Origin: Faecalibaculum rodentium
Lineage (GTDB): Bacteria > Bacillota_I > Bacilli_A > Erysipelotrichales > Erysipelotrichaceae
NCBI RefSeq assembly: GCF_001564455.1
Contig: NZ_CP011391.1
Location: 420,001 to 452,000 of the forward strand
Reading direction: 5' to 3'
DNA: 32,000 nucleotides
A program made the position numbers and the translations under genes. Under the pieces are notes generated by a model that saw only the letters and a list, made by a program, of their open reading frames with translations, made no database searches and was not told the DNA's origin. Positions 8,809 to 17,125 of the stretch are shown here, one piece after another (within the stretch, counting starts at the first letter, position 1; every line of letters begins with the position of its first letter).

Positions 8809-9679
8809 ACCCGTTGCCCGGGACAAAGCAGCGCTGATCCAGGCAAACTATCACACCCATACCCGGCGGTGCCTGCATGCCGGGGGAACCGATGAAGAGT
8901 ATGTGAAGGAAGCCATCCGGAATGGATACGAAGTCCTGGGGTTTTCCGATCACTGTCCCTGGAAGTATGCGACAGACTATGTCCCGAAAATGCGGATGCG
9001 CCTGGAACAGTTTGATGACTATCAGTCCAGCATCCTGACTCTGAAGAAAAAATACAAAGGCCGCATCGAGATCCTGCTGGGGCTGGAAGCGGAGTACTTT
9101 CCGCAATATATGGACTGGCTGCTGGACTTTGTGATCGAGAAGCAGGTGGACTATCTGATCTTCGGCTGTCACTATCACCAGAGCGATGAAACCGGGCGGT
9201 ATTTCGGCCGTATTGCCAGAGAAGGGTTTGATACGTATATCCAGGCGGTCATGGACGGACTGGAAACAGGGATGTACAGCTACCTGGCACATCCCGAGCT
9301 TCCGCTGCGGTCCCTGGACTGGGATGACGGCGTGACGGAGGGGTTCACACGCATCTGCCGGTATTGTGCAGCACATGACATTCCGCTGGAGTACAACGTC
9401 CTGGGGCTGCAGCTGGCAAGACGCACCGGTCGGGAAGGATACCCGCACCACCGGTTCTGGAAAATAGCGGGGGACTGCGGCTGCCGGGCCATCATTGGCA
9501 TGGATGCCCATCATCCAAAGGACCTCCGGGTGTCCCTGTACAGAGCCGCCAGACGCACTCTCGAAGAGGCAGGAGTCACGCTGGTGCACGAGATTCCCCG
9601 TGTGGATTTCAAGGGGCTGCGCGCCCGGCGCACCGCCGCTGCACAGACACCGGAGATCCTGCACAAAAACGAAGACTGA
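8783..9679 (+). CDS. PHP-domain phosphoesterase (histidinol-phosphatase HisJ/HisK family-like)
   Basis: 298 aa. N-terminal NYHTHTRRCLHA metal-binding motif, FSDHCPW, GLEAEY, LAHPEL and GMDAHHP, which together match the PHP/HisJ metal ligand pattern. The start overlaps the truA 3' end by 26 nt. Confidence 0.8.
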   Translation: MITNTQNHKPVARDKAALIQANYHTHTRRCLHAGGTDEEYVKEAIRNGYEVLGFSDHCPWKYATDYVPKMRMRLEQFDDYQSSILTLKKKYKGRIEILLGLEAEYFPQYMDWLLDFVIEKQVDYLIFGCHYHQSDETGRYFGRIAREGFDTYIQAVMDGLETGMYSYLAHPELPLRSLDWDDGVTEGFTRICRYCAAHDIPLEYNVLGLQLARRTGREGYPHHRFWKIAGDCGCRAIIGMDAHHPKDLRVSLYRAARRTLEEAGVTLVHEIPRVDFKGLRARRTAAAQTPEILHKNED

Positions 9680-9682
9680 CGG

Positions 9683-9713
9683 AAAAAGGCGTTGATTTTA
9701 TCGGCGCCTTTTT
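9683..9713 (+). terminator. Intrinsic terminator after the PHP gene
   Basis: AAAAAGGCG, 13-nt loop, CGCCTTTTT. Confidence 0.6.
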
Positions 9714-9720
9714 ATAGACT
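9692..9720 (+). promoter_or_regulatory. Candidate promoter for rplM-rpsI
   Basis: TTGATT (9692-9697), N17, TAGACT (9715-9720). The -35 lies in the loop of the preceding terminator. Confidence 0.35.
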
Positions 9721-9783
9721 ATAGGTTGGCTGAACTCCAGCCTTTTGAGCCCCGGTAACGCTCAAATCATAGGAGGAAATATC

Positions 9784-10221
9784 ATGCGCCAGACAACGAT
9801 GGCAAAACCCGCTGAAGTAGTCCGCACATGGTACGTGATCGACGGTGAAGGTCAGACGCTTGGACGTCTTGCGACCACGGCGGCTCATGTACTGCGCGGC
9901 AAGCACAAACCTACATATACTCCGAACGTTGACTGCGGTGACTATGTGATCATCGTGAACGCCGACAAGGTGAATATGACAGGCAACAAGCTGAACACTG
10001 AAAAGTATTACAACCACTCCGGCTATTTCGGAGGCATGCGTGTGCGCACTGCGAAAGAAATGAAGGAAAAATACCCGGTTGAATGGGTCAAGCACGCCGT
10101 GAAAGGCATGCTGCCCCACACAAAACTGGGTGACAAAATGCGTGGACATCTGTTTGTCTACACAGGCCCCGAACACCCGCACGCAGCTCAGCAGCCTGTT
10201 GAGCTCAAGGTGAAAGGATAG
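9784..10221 (+). CDS. rplM: 50S ribosomal protein L13
   Basis: Start moved to ATG 9784 (AGGAGG at 9771-9776). MRQTTMAKPAEVVRTWYVIDGEGQTLGRLAT... is canonical L13. The ORF-track start at 9745 has no Shine-Dalgarno sequence. Confidence 0.95.
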   Translation: MRQTTMAKPAEVVRTWYVIDGEGQTLGRLATTAAHVLRGKHKPTYTPNVDCGDYVIIVNADKVNMTGNKLNTEKYYNHSGYFGGMRVRTAKEMKEKYPVEWVKHAVKGMLPHTKLGDKMRGHLFVYTGPEHPHAAQQPVELKVKG

Positions 10222-10233
10222 GAGGAATAGAGA

Positions 10234-10641
10234 ATGGCAGTCAATAAAACGGACCTGGTCCAGTACCATGGCGTCGGACGACGCAAAAAATCTGTTGCTC
10301 GTGTCTTTCTGCGTCCGGGAACAGGAAACATCACTGTAAACGGCAAACCCCTGGAGCAGTACCTGCCCAGTGAGATCCTGCAGCAGGTGGTCAAGTCCCC
10401 CCTGGATCTGACCAACACGCTGGATCAGTTTGACGTGATCGTGAATGTAAACGGTGGCGGGTTCACTGGTCAGTCCGGTGCGATCCGTCACGGCATTACC
10501 CGTGCACTGATGGAAGCCAACGAAGGCTACCGCCCCGTTCTTAAGGCAGCCGGTTTCGTAACCCGTGACCCCCGTGCCAAGGAACGGAAGAAGTATGGTC
10601 TGAAGGCCGCACGCCGCAGCCCGCAGTACTCCAAGCGTTAA
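10234..10641 (+). CDS. rpsI: 30S ribosomal protein S9
   Basis: 135 aa. [12 protein letters not shown]-like N-terminus ([14 protein letters not shown]) and the C-terminal [12 protein letters not shown] tail. Confidence 0.97.
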   Translation: MAVNKTDLVQYHGVGRRKKSVARVFLRPGTGNITVNGKPLEQYLPSEILQQVVKSPLDLTNTLDQFDVIVNVNGGGFTGQSGAIRHGITRALMEANEGYRPVLKAAGFVTRDPRAKERKKYGLKAARRSPQYSKR

Positions 10642-10659
10642 TTTCAGCGAGGATATTTC

Positions 10660-10689
10660 AAGACAGGACAGCGTCTGTTCTGTCTTTTT
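10660..10689 (+). terminator. Intrinsic terminator after rpsI
   Basis: AAGACAGGACAG-cgt-CTGTTCTGTCTT (12-bp stem, one G-U pair) running into TTTTT. Confidence 0.8.
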
Positions 10690-10754
10690 ATTTGGCAGAA
10701 ACCGTTGACCGGCAGACATGTTTGCAAGGCAGGACCGGTCAGGAAAAGGCAAAG

Positions 10755-10782
10755 AAAAAGGAAAGCAGCCGCTTTCCTTTTT
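10755..10782. terminator. Bidirectional hairpin terminator serving the TetR pair (minus strand) and readthrough from rpsI
   Basis: AAAAAGGAAAGC-agcc-GCTTTCCTTTTT (12-bp stem with A- and T-tracts on either side), 19 nt beyond the TetR stop. Confidence 0.65.
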
Positions 10783-10800
10783 CTTTGTGTTCCCACATTG

Positions 10801-11379
10801 TCAGAATTCCGCCACCTGCACAGCAGGCCGCAGTGTGATCATGAACCCGTGCCGGCAGGCCCTCAGCACATCTTCCTCTCCTGCACCGAATGCCCACTGA
10901 CACCCGATGCCAAGAAACAGGTTGGTCAAAGAGAGCCAGATTTTGCGGGGATCCGAAAGATTCCGGATCTGACCGCTTTCCTGTGCCTTCAGGATTGCCG
11001 CTTCAATGTCTGTCTGCAGTTCATGCCCGGCGGTGTTCGGGTGGGTGTGACTGCGCAGGCAGCGGATCACATAATGGGAATACAGGTCATGCCCCAGAGA
11101 CTGGCTGCGTTTCATGATGCAGCTGGTTCCGGCCCAGATCTCCTCGATGTATTCCCCCGCGAGATCCAGTGTGGCCATTTCCTGCCGCACGGTTTCATCT
11201 GCTCCCCGGTAAAACTGGGACAGCAGGGCATCCTTGGATGCCGCAAACTTATAGAATGTCGGTTTTGTGATGCCCACCTCGTGACAGATATCCATCACCG
11301 AGACATTGTCGTAGCCCTTTTCCCGGAACAGCCGGAAGGCTGCATCCGAAATTTCGGGCAGTGAGGTTTTCCGCTTCAT
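10801..11379 (-). CDS. TetR/AcrR-family transcriptional regulator (downstream paralog)
   Basis: HTH region AFRLFREKGYDNVSVMDICHEVGITKPTFYKFAASKDALL. Start chosen at ATG 11379, with GAGGTG 5 nt upstream and an ATGA overlap with the stop of the upstream paralog. The alternative ORF-track start is at 11394. Confidence 0.85.
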   Translation of the reverse strand: MKRKTSLPEISDAAFRLFREKGYDNVSVMDICHEVGITKPTFYKFAASKDALLSQFYRGADETVRQEMATLDLAGEYIEEIWAGTSCIMKRSQSLGHDLYSHYVIRCLRSHTHPNTAGHELQTDIEAAILKAQESGQIRNLSDPRKIWLSLTNLFLGIGCQWAFGAGEEDVLRACRHGFMITLRPAVQVAEF

Positions 11380-11972
11380 GCCGGCACCTCGCACAGAGCC
11401 TGCAGAGAGTCCAGAAACTCATCCATGACATCCACAGACCCCTCATTCAGGATCCACCAGGCACAGAACCCGATCATTGTGGACATGATCACATCATAGA
11501 GCTGCTCCGGTTCTGTGTCGTCCAGGATTTCCCCGGATGCCTGGGCTTTCCGGATCACCGCCGCCATGCGCGAACGGAAGTCCGGATCCACCCGGAACCG
11601 GTCCTGTTCGGACAGAACATTCTGGATGAACAGCTGCATGCAGAAATCTGTCCCGAAGGACAGAAAGGAAGTCAGAAACCCGCAGAAGCCGTGTTTCAGG
11701 CAGTTCCACCAGGATCCCTGTATCTGAGGATCATCCCAGGTGTCATCGGTGTTTCCGGCAATCCGGTAGAAAAACAGTTCAAGAAGATCGCCCTTGGTCA
11801 CTGCATACTTGTAGAATGTGGGTTTCGTGATATCGCATGCTTCACAGATTTCCCGCACACTGACATTGTCATATCCCTTTTCCCTGAAAAGCTGCAGAGA
11901 CGTGTCGAGAATCAGGGGCTCCAGATCCCGGCGCTTCATGGTGTGACCAGACGGTAATGCATAATCGATCAC
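11376..11972 (-). CDS. TetR/AcrR-family transcriptional regulator (upstream paralog)
   Basis: HTH region SLQLFREKGYDNVSVREICEACDITKPTFYKYAVTKGDLL. GTG start at 11972 preceded by AGGGGAAAGG. The alternative ATG at 11939 (MKRRDLEPL...) lacks a Shine-Dalgarno sequence. Confidence 0.85.
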   Translation of the reverse strand: MIDYALPSGHTMKRRDLEPLILDTSLQLFREKGYDNVSVREICEACDITKPTFYKYAVTKGDLLELFFYRIAGNTDDTWDDPQIQGSWWNCLKHGFCGFLTSFLSFGTDFCMQLFIQNVLSEQDRFRVDPDFRSRMAAVIRKAQASGEILDDTEPEQLYDVIMSTMIGFCAWWILNEGSVDVMDEFLDSLQALCEVPA

Positions 11973-12023
11973 CCTTTCCCCTGCGGCATCGCGTAAACTT
12001 TACCGCAGTCAACTTTCAACACC

Positions 12024-12052
12024 ATTGTATGCTTTGTTTTTCCGAAATGCAA
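12024..12052 (-). promoter_or_regulatory. Candidate promoter of the TetR pair
   Basis: On the minus strand: TTGCAT (12052-12047), N17, TACAAT (12029-12024). Confidence 0.5.
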
Positions 12053-12258
12053 TTAACCTTGGTAAATACAGGACAAAAAGGAACAAAAATTGTAACATTC
12101 AGTCACTCCCTGACAGTTTGCTCCCGTCCCTGGGCATTTAGCCCGACAACCCGTCTGCTCTCTGCCTGTCCCCGGCCGATGCAGGCGTCACCTTCCGCTT
12201 TCTTTCTTTTGTTTCTGAAAGGTTTTCAGTATAGTAGGGTGGTATGGAGGATTTGATC

Positions 12259-13485
12259 ATGAGAGATACAGAAATGTTTGACATCATTGGCCGGGAGGAA
12301 GACCGCCAGAAATACAACGTGGAACTCATCGCCTCGGAAAACTTTGTCAGCGATGAAGTCCGGGAAGCCCAGGGCTCCGTGCTCACCAACAAATACGCGG
12401 AAGGCTACCCCGGAAAGCGCTATTACGGCGGCTGCGTGCATGTGGACGAAGCCGAGCGCCTGACCATTGCACGGGCAAAGGAACTCTTCGGTGCCGAATA
12501 CGCCAACGTGCAGCCGCATTCCGGTTCCCAGGCGAACATGGGGGTCTACCTGGCGGCACTGGAACCCGGTGATACAGTGCTGGGCATGGACCTGACCAGT
12601 GGCGGTCACCTCACCCACGGTCATCCTCTGAACTTCTCGGGCCGGAGCTACAACTTCGTTCCCTACAACGTCAACCGGGAAACAGAACGCATTGACTACG
12701 ACGAACTCGAGCGCCTGGCGCTGGAACACCACCCGAAGCTGATCGTTGCCGGTGCCAGTGCCTACCCCCGGGTGATCGATTTCAGCCGGCTGCGGGAAAT
12801 CGCCGACAAGTCCGGTGCCCTGCTGATGGTGGACATGGCCCACATCGCAGGTCTGGTGGCAGCAGGCCTGCACCCCAGTCCCGTTCCCTATGCGGATTTC
12901 GTGACCACCACGACCCACAAGACCCTCCGCGGGCCCCGCGGCGGCCTGATCCTCGCAAAGGAAGAATATGGAAAGAAAATCGATTCCCGTGTCTTCCCCG
13001 GTATGCAGGGAGGACCGCTGGAGCATGTGATTGCCGCCAAGGGCGTGGCACTGCACGAAGCCATGCAGCCGGAATTCAAAACCTATGCACAGAATATCCT
13101 GAACAACGTGCAGGCCATGGCCGACGAATTTGAAAAAGCCGGATTCCGCATGGTCTCCGGTGGTTCCGACAATCACCTGATCCTGCTGGATACCATGTCC
13201 AGTCTGGGCATGACGGGAAAAGAAGCCGAGCGGCTGCTGGACCTGGCGGGCATCACCTGCAACAAGAACACGATTCCCTTCGATCAGCAGAAGCCGTTTG
13301 TCACAAGTGGCATCCGTCTGGGCAGTGCGGCCATGACAAGCCGGGGATTCGGCGAGCCCGAATTCCGTCAGACAGCCCGCTGGATCGTGGATGTCCTGAA
13401 AGACGGGACGGATGAACACGCTGCGGCTGTCCGCAAAGAGGTCCGGGCCCTGACAGAAACATTCCCGACAGGAGCCCAGGTTTGA
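12259..13485 (+). CDS. glyA: Serine hydroxymethyltransferase
   Basis: [29 protein letters not shown] and [14 protein letters not shown] (PLP-lysine motif). Start set to ATG 12259 because GGAGG at 12247-12251 overlaps the ORF-track ATG at 12244. Confidence 0.95.
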   Translation: MRDTEMFDIIGREEDRQKYNVELIASENFVSDEVREAQGSVLTNKYAEGYPGKRYYGGCVHVDEAERLTIARAKELFGAEYANVQPHSGSQANMGVYLAALEPGDTVLGMDLTSGGHLTHGHPLNFSGRSYNFVPYNVNRETERIDYDELERLALEHHPKLIVAGASAYPRVIDFSRLREIADKSGALLMVDMAHIAGLVAAGLHPSPVPYADFVTTTTHKTLRGPRGGLILAKEEYGKKIDSRVFPGMQGGPLEHVIAAKGVALHEAMQPEFKTYAQNILNNVQAMADEFEKAGFRMVSGGSDNHLILLDTMSSLGMTGKEAERLLDLAGITCNKNTIPFDQQKPFVTSGIRLGSAAMTSRGFGEPEFRQTARWIVDVLKDGTDEHAAAVRKEVRALTETFPTGAQV

Positions 13486-13952
13486 TCCGGCTGATCTGCG
13501 TCGGAAAAAACAAGGACAAAGCCCTGAAAAGCCTGGAAACCGAATACATCCGCCGCATTGGCGCCTTTGACCGGATCCAGGTCGAGGAAGTCAAGGACGA
13601 ACCCAATATCCACGTGGACCGGGAAGCCGAAGACCGGCGGGTCCGGGATGCGGAAGCCGACCGGGTGCTGGAGAAGCTGAAGCCGGATGACCGGGTCGTG
13701 CTGCTGGACCTGCATGGAGACATGCCGGATTCGGAAGAATTTTCCCGGGAACTCATACGGCGCAGGGATGCGGGGCATCTCGTATTCGTGATTGCGGGCA
13801 GCCTTGGACCCGGGGAAAAGCTCGTGAAGCGGGCCGACAGCCGTCTGAAGCTTTCGGACCTGACCTTTACCCACATGATGACCCGGGTACTCCTGCTGGA
13901 ACAGATTTACCGGGGATTCATGATCCACGCCGGACGGTCCTATCACAAATAA
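13482..13952 (+). CDS. rlmH: 23S rRNA (pseudouridine1915-N3)-methyltransferase RlmH
   Basis: 156 aa SPOUT protein. [22 protein letters not shown]-terminus and C-terminal [23 protein letters not shown]...YHK. The TTG start overlaps the glyA stop (TTGA). Confidence 0.9.
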   Translation: MIRLICVGKNKDKALKSLETEYIRRIGAFDRIQVEEVKDEPNIHVDREAEDRRVRDAEADRVLEKLKPDDRVVLLDLHGDMPDSEEFSRELIRRRDAGHLVFVIAGSLGPGEKLVKRADSRLKLSDLTFTHMMTRVLLLEQIYRGFMIHAGRSYHK

Positions 13953-13982
13953 TTCACAGACAGACCGGGCAAGACCCGGAAG

Positions 13983-14028
13983 ACAGGAGGCCTGATGCAG
14001 AGACCTCCTGTTTTTTTTTTTTTTTTTT
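13983..14028 (+). terminator. Intrinsic terminator after glyA-rlmH
   Basis: ACAGGAGG, 13-nt loop, CCTCCTGT, followed by an 18-nt T run. Confidence 0.8.
14011..14028 (+). repeat. T18 homopolymer (U-tract of the rlmH terminator)
   Basis: Counted directly: 18 consecutive T, immediately after the hairpin at 13983-14011. Confidence 0.95.
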
Positions 14029-14123
14029 GAACGGGACAGACAGGCTGCAGTCCGCTGTCGGGGAAACCGGATTTGATACCCACTTACAAATCCCCTGAAC
14101 CGCGACATAAGTGCCCCTGCAGG

Positions 14124-14132
14124 TGATATACT
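14124..14132 (+). promoter_or_regulatory. Candidate extended -10 promoter for pgk-tpiA
   Basis: TGaTATACT at 14124-14132, about 30 nt upstream of the pgk Shine-Dalgarno sequence. Only a weak -35 (GACATA). Confidence 0.4.
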
Positions 14133-14164
14133 GTTTACGATGCGAAAAGCATAGGAGGATTATC

Positions 14165-15349
14165 ATGGCAAAGAGAACTGTCAAAGACCTGGACGTCAAA
14201 GGCAAAAAGGTCATCGTCCGCTGCGATTTCAACGTGCCCCGCAAGGACGGAGTCATCACGAATGACAACCGGATCGTGCAGGCCCTGCCGACGATCAAAT
14301 ACCTGCTGGAGCAGGGAGCCAAAGTCATCCTGATGTCCCACCTGGGCAAGGTGAAGACAGAAGAGGACAAGGCGAAGAACAGCCTGGAGTGCGTGGCTGT
14401 CCGTCTGGCTGAACTGCTGCCTGACACAAAGGTGGAATTCTGCAATGAGACCCGCGGTCCCGTTCTGGAAGAGATGGTCAATGACCTGAAGGACGGTCAG
14501 ATCCTGCTGATCCAGAACACCCGCTATGAAAAAGGCGAATCCAAGAACGATCCTGAACTGGGCAAGTACTGGGCAAGCCTGGGTGATGTATTTGTGGAAG
14601 ATGCATTCGGTTCCGTACACCGTGCACATGCATCCACTGTCGGCATTCCTTCCAACCTCCCGGAAAACGGTCTCGGATTCCTGGTGGAAAAGGAAGTGGA
14701 CATGCTGGGCAAAGCCGTGGATGACCCGAAACACCCCTTCGTGGCCATCATTGGCGGTGCCAAGGTATCCGACAAGATCGGCGTGATTGAAAACATGCTG
14801 GAAAAAGCCGACAAGGTGATCGTCGGCGGCGGCATGGCCTACACATTCCTGAAGGCCCTGGGCGAAAACGTCGGAAACTCCCTGGTGGAAGAAGACAAGA
14901 TCGACCTGGCGAAGGCCACGCTGGAAAAAGGAAAGGACAAGATCGTCCTGCCGGTTGACCACGTGATTGCCGATGCATTTGCCAACGATGCCAACACACA
15001 GGTTGTGGAAGGCGACATCCCCGAAGGCTGGATGGGTCTGGACATCGGTCCGAAATCCGTGGAAAAATTCAAGGAAACCCTGGATGGTGCCAAGACTGTA
15101 GTATGGAACGGCCCCATGGGTGTATTTGAAATGCCGAACTTCGCCAAGGGCACCCTGGAAGTCTGCACAGCCATCTCCGAACTGCCGGAAGCCATTACGG
15201 TGATCGGCGGCGGCGACTCCGCTGCAGCAGCGATCCAGCTGGGATTCAAGGACAAGTTCTCCCACATTTCCACAGGCGGCGGCGCTTCCCTGGAATACAT
15301 GGAAGGCAAGACACTGCCGGGCATCGCTGTCATCAGCGCGAAAGACTGA
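14165..15349 (+). CDS. pgk: Phosphoglycerate kinase
   Basis: Start moved to ATG 14165 (AGGAGG at 14153-14158). [17 protein letters not shown] and GGGDSAAA motifs. Confidence 0.95.
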   Translation: MAKRTVKDLDVKGKKVIVRCDFNVPRKDGVITNDNRIVQALPTIKYLLEQGAKVILMSHLGKVKTEEDKAKNSLECVAVRLAELLPDTKVEFCNETRGPVLEEMVNDLKDGQILLIQNTRYEKGESKNDPELGKYWASLGDVFVEDAFGSVHRAHASTVGIPSNLPENGLGFLVEKEVDMLGKAVDDPKHPFVAIIGGAKVSDKIGVIENMLEKADKVIVGGGMAYTFLKALGENVGNSLVEEDKIDLAKATLEKGKDKIVLPVDHVIADAFANDANTQVVEGDIPEGWMGLDIGPKSVEKFKETLDGAKTVVWNGPMGVFEMPNFAKGTLEVCTAISELPEAITVIGGGDSAAAAIQLGFKDKFSHISTGGGASLEYMEGKTLPGIAVISAKD

Positions 15350-15373
15350 TCCGGGTTTGAACGGGAGGATATC

Positions 15374-16120
15374 ATGAGAGAAGCAATCATTGTCGGAAAC
15401 TGGAAAATGAACAAGAACAACGCGGAGACACAGGCTTTCTTTGAGGAAGTCGATCCCGCGGCTGTCAGCGACAAGGCCCTGTATGGCATTGGCGCCCCTT
15501 TCACAGACCTGAAAACAGCTCTGGACAACGCAAAGAACCTGATCGTTGCAGCAGAAAACGTGCACTTTGAGGATTCCGGCGCGTTCACGGGCGAAGTCTC
15601 TGTTCCCATGCTGGAAGAACTCGGCGTGAAATACTGCATCATCGGTCACAGCGAGCGCCGTCAGATGTTCGGCGACACGGATGAGACTGTGAACAAGAAG
15701 GCGAAGAAACTGCTGGCTGCCGGCATGACTCCGATTCTGTGCATCGGTGAGACCGAGGAAGAATATGATGCAGGCAAGACCAAAGACGTCATCACATCCC
15801 AGCTGAACGGCTCCCTGGCAGACATTCCTGCGGATGAGTACAAGAACATCGTCATCGCCTACGAGCCCATCTGGGCCATCGGCACCGGCAAGTCCGCTTC
15901 TGTGGAAATCGCGGAAGACTGCTGCAGGCTGGTCCGTGATGTCGTCCGTGACATGGTCGGCGAAGAAGCGGCTGAAGCAGTCCGCATCCAGTACGGCGGA
16001 TCCGTAAAACCGGGCAACATCGTGGAATACATGGCACAGCCGGATATCGACGGGGCCCTGATTGGCGGTGCTTCCCTGAAGCCGGACAGCTTCCTGGAAA
16101 TCATCGAAAAAACAAAGTAG
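15374..16120 (+). CDS. tpiA: Triosephosphate isomerase
   Basis: 248 aa. GNWKMN, IIGHSERR, AYEPIWAIGTG and GGASL motifs. Confidence 0.95.
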   Translation: MREAIIVGNWKMNKNNAETQAFFEEVDPAAVSDKALYGIGAPFTDLKTALDNAKNLIVAAENVHFEDSGAFTGEVSVPMLEELGVKYCIIGHSERRQMFGDTDETVNKKAKKLLAAGMTPILCIGETEEEYDAGKTKDVITSQLNGSLADIPADEYKNIVIAYEPIWAIGTGKSASVEIAEDCCRLVRDVVRDMVGEEAAEAVRIQYGGSVKPGNIVEYMAQPDIDGALIGGASLKPDSFLEIIEKTK

Positions 16121-16139
16121 GCCGGTTCAACCGTGCTTC

Positions 16140-16184
16140 AAAAAGCGGGGAGTCAGTCCGGAAAAGACAGGCTGTCCGCTTTTT
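16140..16184 (+). terminator. Probable terminator after tpiA
   Basis: AAAAAGCGG ... CCGCTTTTT arms flanking an about 27-nt, partly paired interior. Confidence 0.5.
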
Positions 16185-16268
16185 CTGTGTCCACAGCTGC
16201 CCTGAAAAAAGCAGAAATGACATACCATTTTCTGATACACTCACGTATGGAAGAGAGAGGGAAGTCAC

Positions 16269-17039
16269 ATGAAGGAAAGAACCGATTCCACAAAAGATCC
16301 ATGGCTGTTTGCGTCTGATTTTGACAACACACTGTATTTTCATGACGGCAGCGGGTTTCACGAACAGGACATCCGGATGATCCGGGCCTGGCAGAAGGCA
16401 GGAAATCTGTTCGGGATCTGCAGCGGCCGCTCCCTGCATCATTTGATTCACGAATTCCAGCCCCTGTTTTCTGCAGCAGGCCTCACACCGGATTTCTTCA
16501 TCTGCACATCCGGGGCCATCCTGGCGGATGGAGAAGGGCGGGTGCTTGCAGAACATCCTCTGGATCCGGCGGTGATGCAGGAGGCTGCACACCGGTGTTT
16601 AGATGCGGTGATGGTCCACAACAGTGAAGAGCTGTTCTGTCTCAACAGACAATGGGAGACATTTCAGCCAGTCAGCCGGATTCCGGAGGACAGAACCTTT
16701 TACGGTCTCTCCACCTGGGCGGAGGACAGCAGGCGGATCAATGTGGCGGGACTGCCCCTGGAGGCCTATGTCAATACAGTCACGGTGGACTATGTTCCGG
16801 CGGGTGTCTCCAAGGGCACCGGCATTCTGGAACTGTGCCGGATCCTGGGACTGGACCCGAAAAAAACCGCCGGAATGGGGGATTCCTGGAATGACCTGCC
16901 GATGATCGACACAGTATCATATGGCTTTACTTTCCCGGATGGACCGAATATTGTAAAAAAAGCATCCGCTTACGAGGTGGACTCCATCGCGGCAGCCCTG
17001 GAGAAAGTGTCGGAAATCCGGCACTTGCAAACGCTTTGA
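16269..17039 (+). CDS. HAD-superfamily hydrolase (Cof-type, HAD-IIB-like)
   Basis: 256 aa. Motif I FASDFDNTL, motif IV GMGDSWNDLPM, and a cap-domain-sized insert between them. Confidence 0.8.
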   Translation: MKERTDSTKDPWLFASDFDNTLYFHDGSGFHEQDIRMIRAWQKAGNLFGICSGRSLHHLIHEFQPLFSAAGLTPDFFICTSGAILADGEGRVLAEHPLDPAVMQEAAHRCLDAVMVHNSEELFCLNRQWETFQPVSRIPEDRTFYGLSTWAEDSRRINVAGLPLEAYVNTVTVDYVPAGVSKGTGILELCRILGLDPKKTAGMGDSWNDLPMIDTVSYGFTFPDGPNIVKKASAYEVDSIAAALEKVSEIRHLQTL

Positions 17040-17125
17040 ACCTGGATGGTACGCCAGGACCCATTGAGTTTGTTCAGGCCCTATGTTAGTGTATGTTTGA
17101 ACTTTCGCAGAACAGGAGGCAAGGA

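Noticed and set aside
8462-9664. 400-aa minus-strand ORF antisense to truA and the PHP gene
   Set aside because: It lies opposite two genes with clear family motifs. Its translation is Arg/Gly/Pro/His-rich and low-complexity, with no Shine-Dalgarno sequence. Long stop-free antisense frames are an expected artefact of high GC3 coding sequence.
12100-12140. Possible ZTP (pfl) riboswitch upstream of glyA, suggested by CCCTGGGCA (12128-12136), which resembles the CCGCCTGGGCA 3' element
   Set aside because: I could not find the 5' sub-domain (GACTGGCG-type motif and its pseudoknot partner). CTGACAG at 12110-12116 does not pair with the 3' element.
12226-13419. 397-aa minus-strand ORF antisense to glyA. 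The ORFs at 9712-10752, 19825-20970, 23180-24202, 24586-25428 and 1196-1933 are of the same kind.
   Set aside because: All lie opposite motif-verified plus-strand genes. They are GC3-driven open antisense frames.
14135-15649. 504-aa minus-strand ORF antisense to pgk and tpiA (the longest ORF in the track)
   Set aside because: Same GC3 mirror-frame artefact. pgk and tpiA on the plus strand carry unmistakable catalytic motifs, and the antisense product has no recognisable domain or start signals.
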